A program made the position numbers and the translations under genes. Shown one piece after another: positions 1-13,500 of a stretch of 64,000 bases of DNA. Under the pieces are notes generated by a model, which saw only the letters and a program-made list of their open reading frames with translations, had not been told where the DNA came from and did no database searches. Numbering within the stretch: the stretch's first letter is position 1; each line of letters opens with the position of its first letter. The stretch comes from Eutreptiella sp. 'Long Island Sound 2002' (Eukaryota > Protista > Euglenida): the NCBI GenBank assembly GCA_964036045.1, contig OZ038378.1, positions 3,782,001 to 3,846,000 of the forward strand, in the 5' to 3' direction.

Positions 1-1599
1 GGGACAGTTGTCGAATTGTATGCTTTCCCCTTTTAATTGTGAAGTTTGGTTTCTGTTTTATTGCCCTCGGGCTACTTATAAAAAGAGTGCCAGGCGATCC
101 CTCTAGCTTGTCCAGCATGCAGCCCACCCACAGGGCAATGCACAGCAGGACAGGCAACTTCTGAACAGACCTGAAGAGGGCCAGCAGCGGAGCCTCTAGC
201 TCTGTCGGCGCAGGAGGTTCCCGGCCAACGCAACCCATCGGGGAAGCACTGGCAGGATCCAGCCCCCCCAAGCCCAAGGCCTAAGCTCCTTAACATGCTT
301 TCCTTCCCACTGTTCCACAGGATCGTTATGAACACACGCATCAGAAAGGCGTGCGGTTGCTTTGTGGAGTTTGCAATGGTGTTGTTCTGTTGCAGAGCTC
401 AGAGGCAGGCTGTATCCTGACCCATGGGCCGCAGGAAGAACGGCGTATGAAGTTGTCAACCAAGCTGCGAATCCGAACAATAACACAATATAACAATAAC
501 ATCCTGGCCTGTGTGTGGTGGTCATAGAAAGCAACAGAACCCTAACAACACCACCATGCACCTTGCTTTTTTTTGTTTCCTACAAGGTATCCTTGCTGCT
601 GCGAGTCAGTTTAACATTGTTGAATTGCTCAGGGATCTGGGTAATGTGCCTAAACAAAGTGACCATCCCAGGTCCCTTTCCAATTGGTTCCACCCTCTTG
701 CAGCTTTTGTATCATGGGCAGTTGCTTCTGCAAGAACGCAAACTAAACCTGCACCAAAGCCCTCTCGAACACGATTGCCAATGCATTCAACGTCAAATCT
801 GACAGATGAGTGAATTCCTTTTGCTTTTTTTGTGCTTTCCGGTGTATTTGGTAGTGCATGTGATGTGTGTTGCAAAGAGTGATGGGGCTGAGGGGCTACA
901 TGTCCGCATACGGTACACTGTTTTGCATTATTTTGTGTACAAGTGTGGGCAGCTTGTCAGGGCACCTTTACATTATGTTATCATAGTGTGTGTATGTGTT
1001 GCTAAGTGTTGGGTATGGCCAATGCATGTCCAGTTGCGCTGAAAATTGTGTGTGACCCCCCCCCCCCCCCTGAATAGGGGATTCAGGCTCAGGGCCAGAA
1101 GTAGGGAGTGGAGGGAGCACCCCCTCATCCCCACTGGTGGAGCAGGAGAGGGGGACAGCCTAGGGCACGCCTTGTGGAAAATAAATGCTTGTGAGTGGAT
1201 CACCCTTGCAATCACCCCGAGAGAGGTTGTTAGATCAAGCACAGGCGCGGGTGCCATACCGCCCTATTTTGGGGTCATTCGGGTAGCATACCCCTGTGGG
1301 TGATGTCGGATGTCCAACCCCTTGTAAAATCATCATTTTGGGAGACAAAAAAAAAATCCCCCAATGAATTTTTGGATTTTGATTTTGATCCCCCTACCCC
1401 CCGCTACCCGGACGCCATTTTTTTGGCAGTGGGGAGGGGGGTGGGGACAGAACTTTTTTGCGTATTGCGGCCGCTGTAGACCGATATGGACCCACGTCCC
1501 AAACAAATTTTTTCTTGTACATGGACCCCCTAACCTATGGCGGGGTCTCAGGTCCGAACTCTGGGTCCCCCCCCCCCCCCAGGCTATTGGCCCTTGCCA

Positions 1600-2810
1600 G
1601 CGAGTTGTTGCCCCTGGGATGGGTTTGGGTTATCATTTGGTGACGATATGGGTACTTAAGCACCCATAGGGACCCATGTAGTGGCCGCTAGGCCCATGTA
1701 GCCCGGGCCATGGGCCCCGCGAAAGCCCCAAAATTGCCGTTGTTTAGGGGGGAACGTTAGTGCGCCGGGCGCACGCCGGGCATCTTCTGTGACCCGTGCC
1801 CCACCGGTGGAGTGTTGCCGTTGATATGTTGGGCAACATTATATGGATTTGCCCCTTGGCCCCCGGGACATTAGCAGATGTTTTGATTTGGGATGGGTAT
1901 GGACCTTCTCGTACCCGAGGTGATTTCTTTGATTTCGAAGTTGGGGGCCATGATGGTGCTTATAAAGGCCGGATTCACGTCATTGTGCCATTCATTGGAA
2001 GAAAGAATGGCACTTTGCCAGCCCGCCAACAATGTTATAATGACGTGCACGGGTGGTATAGGGCACGCATTGGGCAGCTGTTTGCTCGGTTGTGGCACGC
2101 AAGATGAGGCAGAGGATGAGGCAGAAGTGTCTGTGTTGTGTTGCCAGAAGCGCTCCACCGTCGCAGTTTGTGATGAGTGTAAGGAGCACTATTGTACTGA
2201 ATGTATTGACACCCACACTTGTGGGACCAATGTTGTTTGTTAAGTACAATACAGATGACAGTTGGAGTTGCTGAATTCACAGATATTGCTTTATTTTGCA
2301 ACGTGCCTTGCAGGGAAGGTGCGCAGTCCATCATGGTCTATTTGGGGGGCCTTCTCCATCAGAGGGTAAATCTCGGGCTGAAGTCGGGATAGTTAATAGA
2401 AAGGTAGCGCGCCGGGCAAACATTCCCCCTAGGCCTATTTAGTGACATTGAACATTTTCGAAAAACCGTCTCTTTCCGAAGCCCTTCTGTTGCCCCTGAG
2501 ATGGGTTTGGGTGGTCATTTGGTGACAATATGGGTACTTGAGCACCCATGGGGACCCACGAAGTGGCCGCTGAGCCCATGTAGCCCGGGCCATAGGCAAC
2601 CCGAAACCCCCGCAATTGCCGCTGTTTAGGTTATTTTGGTGACATTGAAATTTTCGAGAAATCAACATTTTCCGAACCCTTCTGTTGCCCCTGGGACGGG
2701 TTTAGGTGATCATTGGGTGGCAATGCAGGTATCAAGCACCCATAGGGACCCATGTGGTGGCCGCTAGGCCCATGTAGCCCGGGCTATGGGCACCCCAAAA
2801 AGCCCCACAG
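1600..2810. repeat. Tandem ~197-bp repeat family (about 3 units), interrupted by a Harbinger-like insertion; related copy at ~56985-57250
   Basis: Recurrent block ...cccttctgttgcccctg...gggacccaYgtagtggccgctaggcccatgtagcccgggc...aattgccgYtgtttagg at ~1600-1747, 2433-2630 and 2631-2805. Confidence 0.8.
1748..2429 (+). mobile_element. Internally deleted PIF/Harbinger-superfamily DNA transposon carrying a DDE_Tnp_4-like transposase fragment
   Basis: TIRs GGGGGAACGTT / AACATTCCCCC; 3-bp TSD TAG at 1745-1747 and 2430-2432. Translation VAVDMLGNIIWICPLAPG...HDGAYKG...YNDVHGWYRARIGQLF, plus a C-terminal Cys/His cluster; homologous to 47860-49267. Confidence 0.8.
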
Positions 2811-4081
2811 TATGCAACACTGTACCAATCAAACGAATATCAACACTGGCCAATCACAGCGCTTCAAAACAAATGAGCAAACTCCACAGGGGCCAGGGGG
2901 ACAGCCTAGGAAACAGAGGGCACAGTGAGTATCCCCCCCCCCGGCGTCTCAGCACAAGAAGGGCAGACAGGGGAAGCTGCAAAGGGAACACCTCCCGTCC
3001 CCTGCAAGGGATGGTGGCAAAGAGTACAGCCCTCGAAGGGTGCTGGGGGCAGGGCAAGCAAGCGGCGCCCCATGCTGCAGAAACGCATGACGCATGGTGC
3101 ACTGGCATGCTTGGGCTGCGTAGGACACAAAGGGTGCGGCAGTGCTACTCTTGCCATCATGAGGGGCACGCAGCAAGTGCAGCACCGCAGCAGGGCCGGG
3201 GGGAGTGGAGCAGCGGAAGAGGAGACCCAGTCGTGGGGGCAGGGTCCCTCTGACACGCCATGCTGAAACGCTGAAACGTGAAATTGTGTATGAGCATCTT
3301 CGACCTTCATAGACCAGTGCCCCCGTCCTCAAGAAGACTCCCTTGAGCAGTTCCTGAGGAGGGGGAGGCTGTCAGTTTGGCCCCAACAATTCATAGCCCT
3401 AAACCTGCATGATCACAGTGGTCTGAGCATACTCCGCTCAGCCTCCCCAGAGGGCCTCTGGCACATCTCCAAGCTTTGCCCCCCTCAAAAGTTGACTGCA
3501 TCCCGAAGAAGCCAACATCCAACCTCACGCACAGACTGGCCTGGCAACGAAACCACCGTAAACAACTCATAGCCCAGCTTAGAAACACTGTGCCCATGCC
3601 AACTGCCACACACCCATCTGGCATGGTTTCTTGTGTAGACATATTGTGTCCGTGGACCCACTGAAGAGCATTAGCAACTGCATTATTGGCCACTGGCAGC
3701 ACGGCGCCAAGCAAAGAAAACTTGGAGCGGTGGACCTTGGAGGCTGCCCTCCATAACCCAATGCCAATACAGTATTGGTTGCCATGCCACCCGAGACTCA
3801 ACATGACTGGCAGAAAATAATGCATTACACGACCTGTGGTTGTGAAAGGCCGGCATATGACAATCTCATTTCCCCACCACCCACACCTTCCCTTCCTAAG
3901 GACCCTGGTTTGCAAGAGGTGTGCACGTTGCGGTACATCATGAGGTCTTTCTCTGTCATCCTTGTCAGCCTTTCTGTCAGTCTTGCTTTGCTCATTCATG
4001 TGGTCCCTCAGTGTCATTTGATACATCCATTAAAATCGCCACCTCTCCACCACATGTACAACCACCTACTTACTACTACCA

Positions 4082-4452
4082 CCCCCCCTCCCCCTTGCGC
4101 AAGCACGGCCTTGTTTAAGCATGGGGTGGGTGTTGGACCACTGTTTTTAGGAATTTTGGGGACCAATCTTTTTGTGGTTCCAGATGTAACATGGGGTTTA
4201 AAAACATTCCACTACACATTGCAACCGAATGATGTTTGTTTTCATGTGATTCTTAGCCATTCCTAATGTTCCCCTTCCGCAGCCTATGACCATCTGCATC
4301 TGAGGGCTCTCCTGGATGTGGACGGTCATGTGTGTTTGCCGTCATTTGTGCCACATGCAAGCACGGTCTTGTCTCAGCACGGAGTGGGCGTTGAACGGCT
4401 GTGTTGCCTGGTTTTTTTGACTGTGGCCGTGCTTGCGCAAGGGGGGGGGGGG
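4082..4452. mobile_element. MITE-like element with poly-C/poly-G ends
   Basis: Perfect 16-bp inverted repeat TTGCGCAAGCACGGCC (4095-4110 / 4425-4440) next to C- and G-runs; related element at 63068-63650; TSD unclear. Confidence 0.6.
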
Positions 4453-5576
4453 TGCAAGCCCAAACATCTTTGCGACAACGCACACAAACTGCATACCACC
4501 CAATGTATACCACCTACACCACCACTTCAACGTCTCCTAGCGACTCTCCGCGGTCCATGTATGCCTCCAATCGTTGTGTGGTGAGTATACCCGGCACCAG
4601 CGACAAAAATCCCTCCTCTATTTACTCCACATAAGACTAGTGTCCACCGTCAGTCAAGCTACCATGCACCATTCGCAATACACGTACCCAAAAGCTCAAA
4701 AGCCATGGTGTGTTGTTGCCTCACTAACAGCCACATGTGGCTTGAGTCTATGTTCTGAGAGATTCCTCTCAATTAAAGTGATACAATCATTCAATTGTGT
4801 AATGTATGTGTTGAGTAGCCACGTGCTGCTTTGTGTGGCAACAGTGTTAGTAGGGCTAGAAGGCTCATTCACTGTAGCGAGAAAATTGGTTTTGATGCCA
4901 CTGGTATTTTGGCGTGAAGAACTGCAGCCAACCACTGACTTGGATGACTAGACCTGCCACATCTGCTCTTGTCAACCCTGCTGCCCGCATCTTGAGGCCT
5001 AAGACAACAGGACTTTCCCTCTTGCTCTTGCTGGTTTGTTTAGGGTTGATGTCATAGGGCAAGCGTGGTCAGTTGCAGGGTTGGTGTAATAGGCAAAAAG
5101 CACAAGCACACGGAGCAAGTCCTCAAACTGACCCTTCATAGTGCTGCAAAGAGCACTAAATGAAATGCGAAATATTTTGTCTACACTGATTGCATCGCAC
5201 TTCTCATGAATCACAATAAATCCTGAATTATTACGATGTGTGTGTCATGCGACTGCTGCACTCTCCTCCCAAGACACTACATAGGGTATGGATGGGCTGA
5301 TATGTTGAACATTTTAATAGCAGTCCCATGCACACCAGAAAACAATCAATACTAAAGCAATGTAAACCCACAGAAAATGCACTAAGAACGCAACCGAACT
5401 TTTCAAAATTTGTCATGCAAAAGACTCTCTTTTTTGGTGTTCTTTTGCCTGTGTACGCCACTAGTTCCACTTGCTTTTTTTTTTTATGATGCAGAGCCAT
5501 AGTTGAAAACTCTGAGAAGCATCTTCAACAAAGTTTGATTAGGTAGGTAGGTGCAACAGGGCATAAGGGACACAGG

Positions 5577-5600
5577 TGTGTGTGTGTGTGTGTGTGTGTG
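5577..5600. repeat. (TG)n microsatellite; others at 15286-15322, 42723-42749 and 62234-62270
   Basis: Read directly. Confidence 0.95.
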
Positions 5601-6014
5601 TTGCTAGCTTAGGGTTGACCTATTGGGCATGCTGATCCACGCATAGACAGATTAGCCAGCAAATAGACAGAGAAAACAGAATATCAGGCGGACAGACAAA
5701 TAGAACACAACACTAACATGTGGCCTGTGATGGTTTGTTTGTTGCATTCTTTCCAAACAACGACTGGTTTTGCTTGAGTTGGCATGTGGTTGGTGTATGC
5801 ACTTTTTGTTTCTAGCATAGCAGCCTATCCCGCCCGCCAGGGGTAGTATGGAAGCTTGCCCATGCATCCCCGCACAGATTGTGGCCTCTTACCTTTGTCA
5901 CTTGGGGTAGCCTGTGGTGCTAGCTGGGGGTAGCATGGATCCTTGCCCATGCACCGGCTGAATGATGTATGGTGATCAATTAGGCACGCACTAGTGTCTG
6001 GCTGTGGGGCCCAT

Positions 6015-6860
6015 GCCTATCTGGTGGCGGCAGAGTTGGAGGCCACAAGTGGAGCCCATGTCTGTGGGGTGGCGGTGGAGCTGTGCCTCCGGCCTCCAAA
6101 TCTTCCGCCACCGCACACGCATGGGCTCAGCCTCTGGGCTCCAGCTTTGCTGCTGCTGCACAAGTGTGGGCTGCGCCTCCCGCTTCTGGCATGGGCGTGG
6201 GCTACACCTCCGGCAAGCAACTCCATCACCGCCATTTTGTGGGCATCAAGATCCAGCCCCTGGCTCCGCCGCATAGGCATGGGCCCCATCTGCTCCGCTG
6301 CCAACACATGGGTATGGGCTCTACCTCCGGCCTGCAGTGGCACAGCCACCACGCGGCCGTTGGCTCCACCTCTGGCCTCCAACTCTGCTACTGCTGCACA
6401 GGCATCCAGCTCCGCTGCCACCACACAGGTGTGGGCTCTGCCTCTGGCTTCTAGCCCACACCTGTGTGGCTTGACAGAGCTTGAGGCCATAGGTGGAGCC
6501 CATGCCCATGTACCGGTTGTAGATCTGGAGGCCATAGGCGGAGCCCACATGTGGCAGTGGCGGAATCCTAGGCCAGAGGCAGAGCCCATGGCAGCAGAGC
6601 CGGAGACCAAAGGCCGAGCCCATGCTAATACAGTGGCAACAGAGTTGGACCCCGGAGGCATAGCCCACACCTGTGCGGCTCGACGGAGCTGGAGGCAAGA
6701 GGCGGAGCTCATGCCCATGCACCGGTTGTAGAGCTGGAGGCTGGAGGTGGAGCCCACACCTGTGTGGCAGTGGTGGAGCTGCTTGCTGGAGGCACAGCCC
6801 ATGCCCATCCCAAGGGCGGAGGTGGAGCCCATGCTGTGCGGCAGTGGCAGAGCCAGTGGC
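6015..6860. repeat. Degenerate ~40-bp minisatellite whose units switch orientation (foldback-like array)
   Basis: Units such as gagctggaggc...ggtggagcccaYgcc occur forward at ~6015-6085 and ~6460-6860, and reverse-complemented at ~6086-6460; 6195-6234 can pair with 6765-6804. Confidence 0.7.
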
Positions 6861-7224
6861 CCCACACCACACCACACTGCACCATGCCGCATTTTGAAAC
6901 ACTCACCACAGATAAATACATTTGTGCAGCTTGCCATACACCAGAAAGTGCACCACTAGGTGCACAACACAAGGCTTATACAACACACTGTATGCGGTCT
7001 GCTTTAAGCTGTCTGCTGCAACTTGCCCGTATACATGCCCTTGCCTCACTCAATGCAGAGTAGGGAGTGGGGAAACGCCAACTGTTTTGGAGTGCATGAG
7101 GGATAACCCCCAAATCCTCCAACATCTCAACAACCCCACCATTCCCAATTCCACAATTCATTCGGCAAATGTTCCGGTCGAATTCTTGGGATCCCCAAAG
7201 ATGATGATATCAGCCAATTTTGCC

Positions 7225-7244
7225 GTGTGCCTCTCATTCCACAG
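7225..7244 (+). promoter_or_regulatory. Putative (trans-)splice acceptor upstream of the S15 hydrolase start codon
   Basis: ctctcattccacAG ends 7 nt before ATG 7252. Confidence 0.5.
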
Positions 7245-7251
7245 CGCCAAC

Positions 7252-7538
7252 ATGATGCGGTCCATGGCGCGGCTGTTGCACTGGTGTGTAATTCTAGCAG
7301 CCATTGGATTGGAGGCTGAGGCCCTGTACAAGACGCACTTCTACCCAAACGTGCGCATCCCGTGCAGGGATGGCGTCGCATTGCAGGCGCAGCTCATCCT
7401 CCCGATACCCAGACACCGCAGTGAACGCTTTGAGGTGCTCATATACCCAAACTCCTGGGATTTCGATAAGTGGGAGTACATCATGGACCAGGTCACTATT
7501 GCAAATCACGGGTACATCACGGTGGGGTACTCTGCGCG
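7252..7538 (+). CDS. S15 hydrolase exon 1
   Basis: MMRSMARLLHWCVILAAIGLEA...IPCRDGVALQAQL...YPNSW...GYITVGYSAR; donor GTATGC. Confidence 0.85.
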
Positions 7539-10500
7539 GTATGCTCCGGTTGCTTGGGCGATTCATGCAGAAGGCGCGGGGTGTCGTCATGTGTGAGGAT
7601 GTGGGAGTGTGGGGGGTCCCTGTGGTACAGCTTTGAGGCAGTCCTTCACAGCCTTGATGATAGGAGGGAGGAATGGCGCAGCGTCATACATGCGGCTGCT
7701 GTGCGGCACGCCTTGTCTAGGTTTCGTTGAACCGTGGTGCATCCAACCACAATGACGAGGGTATCCACTGCAATGGCTCAGGGAGCGGGGCAATGGCGAG
7801 TCAAAAGCGGCGGTGCTCTTGGAGGGGATTTGAGGAGATCGATTTCTTCTGTCCAGACATTCCCGGGCTCTCATTAGACTCTGCAGATTCTCGGAAATAC
7901 AGCCCGGGTAGTGTCCCAGACAGGCATGCCCCTCACGCTCCGCCCTCTGTGTACTCACAGAGGCTGGCACATGTCCGGGGGTACCATCGGCGTTGCGGGC
8001 CCCGAGGATGCGAGCGACATCAGCACGATCATCGACTGGGTGTTGGCCAACCACGTGGGTCTGGCTGACCCAAACAAGGTCGGCATGGTAGGCCTCTCCT
8101 ACGGAGGGATGCTGGCTCTGCTGGGCGCCGCAGCAGATCCCAGGTCTGAGTGCCTCATGCGATACTGCCCTCTTCGACCACATTCCAAATTCACACCACG
8201 TTTTCGGAGTTGGGGGTGCTTGTCGGCGAGCTCCGTCAGCGTTGTTTCCTCAACTGTGTTTGTGTCCCATACAGTGCACGCAGTCGCCGCACGCACCACA
8301 CCTTGGACGATTTTTGGGGTACACCTCAGTGCTGCGCTGCAGTGCCAGGCATTGTGCCCGTAGTTTTGCTGGTAGAGCGTGGTGTACCCACGGCGTCACG
8401 GCCACCCTCAAGCAGGCTCCTGTAGCCATGCGAGTGGGCCAACGCCCAGAGTATCAGCTGTGATGGGCTACGGCCACTTGCACAGCGGGGGAAGGGAGGG
8501 GGCTGGGGGCATGGATTGCGGAGAAATGCCTGCAATGCGAAAGCCATGAATCGCATAAGGCGCCGGGTCAGACCTCCCCATGCCTGGAGCTGGACCGGAA
8601 AGATGACGATGTCCTGGCAGTGGAGCACGAAAACCGAACATATTGGGCAACCTGAAAATTGCTCTGCGGGGGGGGGGGGGGGGACATGGACGCCCGCCGA
8701 AGGAGGGAGGGGGGGGGGGGTTGGAGAAATGGGGTTCCGTGTCGGGCCCTTTGTTTTGTGTAAGAATGGATGTTGGCGCCAAAGGCACAGGAACACAAAA
8801 TTTGGCCCGAAAAAGTTTTTTTCCACCAATAATTCCCCCCCCCCCCCACATTTGAGTAGTCAAAATGATCAGCGCGACGTGGGTATCATTTTGAGCCATA
8901 GATGTTGGGTTGACCCCCCCCCCCCCCGGCACGGCAGGTCGGGCACCCCCGCCCTGAACTCCCCCCTCCCGTCACAGCGGCCAAGGAGGGAGGGGGGGGG
9001 TTGGGAAAATGGGCTTCCGTGTCACCCCCCCCCCCCCCCCCCGCAGAGCAATTTTCTTCCCGCCTTGTTTCCTACACATCTGTTGAACTAGGCCGCTTTG
9101 AGGTGTCATGGAAACGGTCCAAGGGTCCTGGGACCCCTTCCCACAGGGCTTTCAAGGCCCGCTACAAGAGATTGTTTGAGGGGTGGGCCTTGGCCTTTTT
9201 GGGCCCCGTTTTCCAAAGGGTCTCCTAGTGTCCCCCTTCCCCCTGCAGGCCACCCACCCTCTGGGAATGACTGGATGTGTTCAGCGCTGGCAGGGGAGTG
9301 TACGGCACTGGGTCAGTCATGCTGCGTGTGGGACCATTATTCCATTCTTACCCGCAAAAGTGCCACCCCCCCCCCCCCCGCGCACACAGAGGGGGAGAGG
9401 GTGGACATGGCAACAAGACCAGCCCCTCCAGCCCCCCCCCCTCCCAGAACAGCGTGACCTCGAGAAACGCCGAACGCTGAGAGCGGGACAGTGGGCGATG
9501 ACAGCTGTGGGGCAGGCACAGCCAGAGCCTAAAGCGGACAATGCTACCTGACCATTTGAAGCCCCCCCTCCCCCGAACTCAGTCTGTCCCTCCCACTCTT
9601 CGTTGAAGTTCTCACAACACTCTATTGATGCCGTGCTGTGTGCATGCAGACAACGGGCCGAACAGCAGTAGGGGCGTTGTTGCGGTGTGTATTTCACGCA
9701 CCAATTTGCATTGTTTTCCCTTCCCACTCCTCTCTGAAGTTATGTGCCTTTGAGTGGTTGCAATCCAATAGCTTTTGGCAGTGTTAAACAGGGTAAGTCT
9801 ACTAAAGATTCCATCTACTCCTTTGCTTAGCTCACCTTAATTGTGATTGTAACCCCCCCCCCCCTCGAAATCTATCATTGGGCCACAGGGACACTCCTTT
9901 GGCCTGATGCAGGGGTGACACTGCAATTCATCGACCAGCACCAAACAGAAAAGCAACTGCTCCCACTGCAACGTGCTCTTCAGGGGGCGCCACAGGGACA
10001 GGGTTCGCAGGGCCTGGGAGGTGGGGACATGGTCACTGCAAACCAACACACGAAGTACTCTGGGAAACAACCCATGCACCAGCGAGGTTTGGCTTTCAGG
10101 CGAATGAGGAGCCATCCGAAACCACCTGACATAAGGTCAACGAGGTAAGCTCCTGTGCTGATGTGCAGGCCCTCGTCAGAAGATGTGAGCTGACATACAA
10201 CACCAGCAGTACACGCCAATGTGTGCCCACAAGTCAGCACAGAAACATACCGGGACGTATTGAACGGCGAAACATTGCACCGTCGAACATTGGCCACCTG
10301 CAGCCCCGGAGGCACCCCTCCACAGAACACAACCAATGTGTTAGACTGTACCCACCGGCAAGTGCGCATGATTACACCGGGAATGGCGGATTTCCCTCCC
10401 ACGCGCACACACATCCACAAACACACAAAAAGGGCATAAAAAACAAAACACACCAATTAAATGTATGCCTTCCCCCTGTTGCCCGAGTAGTTGCGCCCGA

Positions 10501-13500
10501 TGCGCGCCGCATGAAGTGCTGCCCCATGTCCCGCATGACCTGCTTTTGTTGTGGGGGGAGTGGGGAGGGAGGTTGGAAACGTTTACTATGAAGGCTGCGT
10601 GTGTCGTTCAATACTGAGTTTTCAGGAGATTGTCCATATTGCTTGTCCCCAGCCACTAGCCACTGGGTAAAACTGATTTTGGTAGGTGAGAATGGACCAT
10701 TGTCCCTCTGGCCACAAGTGGCTGGCCATAAATGAACGATGGTCGTAACCCTCCAGAATTGCTCTAGCATATCATGATGTAGTTTCGGCCAAATCTGCGG
10801 CGAAGCCACGCCGCAGATTGTCCGCAAGGCGCCGTTAGGCGCCCCCAGAGGTTGTTCAGCAATGTTGCTGCTTGGGGTTGGGTGGGTGGGGGGGGCTGCC
10901 ATAAAGGGTGAGTGAGTTGGGTGGGGGCATGGGAGGGGCGGAACCATAAACGCGGAGGAGATTCGGTGCCAGTATCCCCCTACGTCACTGGGAGATGAGC
11001 ACCCAACCAAACCTTCATGTAACATCGCAATTGAATGTGCAATGTGGAAGGGTGGTGGGGACACTGAACCATCCCCGCTTTGTGGTCCTCTCCCGAGTCT
11101 TGCTGTTTCCGTGTGCACTGCGTAGGGTTCCGCGACGTTTCGCTGTACCCTTTCGCCGTCCCGCAGGATCAAGGCAGTGGTGTCTCTAAGCGGTCCTGCC
11201 GATTTGGGAGCATCCCTTTATCCGGGCAACAGTCCATCGCTGGTCTGGGCCTCTCTGTTGGTGAACACGGCGGACTTCTTCGGCCGTGCGCCTCCATACC
11301 TCCACGAGTACTTGAAGGTGTTGCCTGGGACCCCGCGGTGTTCGGCTGCGCGGGTTGGTCGGAGTGATACGTGGCTTGTGTGTTGCAAACAGAAAAGGGG
11401 ATTGCCCTTCCCCTCCTCTAATGCCCCTATGCCTGCTCATGCCCAGCAGCCCACCCTCCCCTCCCCCTAGCCTCAGCCCATGCGCCCCCCTGCCCCATGC
11501 CCCTGCCCCTGCCCCTGCCCTGCCCATGCTACTTCCCATACCTCTGCTCTTGCATTGGGTCATTGCACAGGTGCACAGCTGAACGGAGCACAGTCTTCAG
11601 CGGTGCACATTCAGTGCAAATTGGAACTCAGCAGTGTAAACCCACCCCCCAAAAATAGGAACGGGTTCTTATTTTTCGCCCAGTTGCTGGTGGTAGCAGG
11701 GGGGGTTCTTATTTTTGGGGGCGGTTCCTATTGCGTTTGCCACCTCCTCCTGCCTTCAGAAAAAATGGACATTTTTGATGGCTTGCACCCACAGTGTGTG
11801 GACTCTGTTGACACGGAAAAATCATTATGCTAATATATTTACCACAGAGGTGGAGCCCAAGTGTTCAGCAAATGGTAGCTGCAAGGGCTCAGGCAGAGCC
11901 TGAACCTGATCCTGTCTGCACCCTGCCACCAGCAAAGCGCCAAGCTACCATCACTTCCTATTTCCGCAAGTAACTGATGCACCAAAAAAATCTGCAGTGC
12001 TCCCCGCTTTTGGTTTGCTTGTATCCAAGGTGGTTCTTATTTTTGGCCCGCTTGGCGGAAAGCCCCAGGTGGTTCTTATTTTTTGGGGGGTTCTTAGTTT
12101 GGGCCCGGTTCTTATTTTTGGGGCGGGGGTTTACATGCGGCGGGCAGTTGAGCACAGCGATGCACAAGTGTGGCTGTGTCTGCATCAGCGGGGCTCCCTC
12201 AAATGCAGCGTTGCACAACCGGCGTACAGCCGAAGTCAGCGGTGCACAAACTGGTGCGCAGACAGTCTCTGCTGTCGGTGTCGACTAGGCATACGCGCAG
12301 GCCCTCGTGGACCTTCTCTTTTGTTTCTGGGTTGGGATCGGGATGCACTGGGAAGAGCTCTGTGCCTTTGCTGTGGTATGGGATTGGGACTGCCTGGTTT
12401 AGCACCCTTCTCTGGACGGGAAAGGAGTGGGAGGGGCGTGGGAGGGGCGTGGGAGGGACGTGGGAGGGACGTGGGGGGGACGTGTCGCATTTGCCCCCTG
12501 CAATCCCCCTGAATCAGGACCTGCTAACGTACACAAACGTGAGTCATGTGTTGGACTGGGCCGCACAGCGCAGCCCTTTGCATTGGGTTGACAACATCAA
12601 CCGCAACCGGCCGGCGGTCATGTTGTCCAACAATTTCGAGGACCGCTTGTTCTTCCCGGACCTGGCGCTGCGCCTGTTCGATGCGTTGGAGGTGCTCAAC
12701 GTTGCACTCTTTGCCTTGTGGCGGCCCCAAGTGGTTATTGGGAGGGGGTTAGGGAAGGCATCCCGCATGTGAAAGGTGGGTCTGGTTCCCGATGGGGCGT
12801 TGGAGTGGCAAGCTCATAGGCTTTGTGTACAGGCCCTCAGCAGGAGACACAAGCAAGACAACTGTGGCATAGCAGTATGTTCGCCCTGGCCGGATGCAGG
12901 AGAATGGAAGAGTGAACTTGCTTCGGCGTTGGACGCCACCGTTAGGGCACCGTGACCGAGCCCACGGAAAAGTGCAGAGCTGAAGGCTTATGCTGGCTTG
13001 AAAATAGGCAGCACACAGCCAAAATACAATTTGTCTGGAAAGGTTTCCCCCCCCGGTGATGCATCCCTGAAGATGAGCAGTGCGTAGTGGAGCACAGTTT
13101 GAGAGATTTCTGGGGTGGTGCCCATGCCCCCTCCCCGCTCCTCCAGTTTAGGGCTTTGGGCACAGGAGCCTGTTTGGTTGAGGGGGAGGGGTCCAGAAAG
13201 GGAGCTGGAAGCCCCTCAACCAGAAAATGCGGGGGAAGGGAGGGCCACCCAGAAGAGTGAAGGAAAGTGGATGTCCCGTATAGCGCAGTTGTTCGAGTTC
13301 TTGTGGGGAGCACCCTCCAACACTATGGATGGCTGGTGTTGAATAACGCAGCAAGTACCCCCCCGCCCCCCCTGTCCAACGAATGCCTTGGCCAACCAAC
13401 ACCTCCGTTCGGACCGTATTCTGTTGGGACCCAATCAATTAGGTACCGGGTTTAGGTACCGAATTCATTTGGTGCCGGACGGCGAGTCCAACGAACACTC

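Noticed and set aside
3330-3900. Possible LINE C-terminal (zinc knuckle / REL endonuclease) remnant
   Set aside because: Only vague motif echoes across stops and frameshifts; cannot support without a search.
4999-5300. PHD-finger-like fragment (YCD..IHEKCD) on the minus strand
   Set aside because: Frameshifted and incomplete; the Cys/His pattern is not satisfied.
5994-6937. 245-aa and 306-aa ORFs
   Set aside because: By-products of the GC-rich minisatellite; no domain signal.
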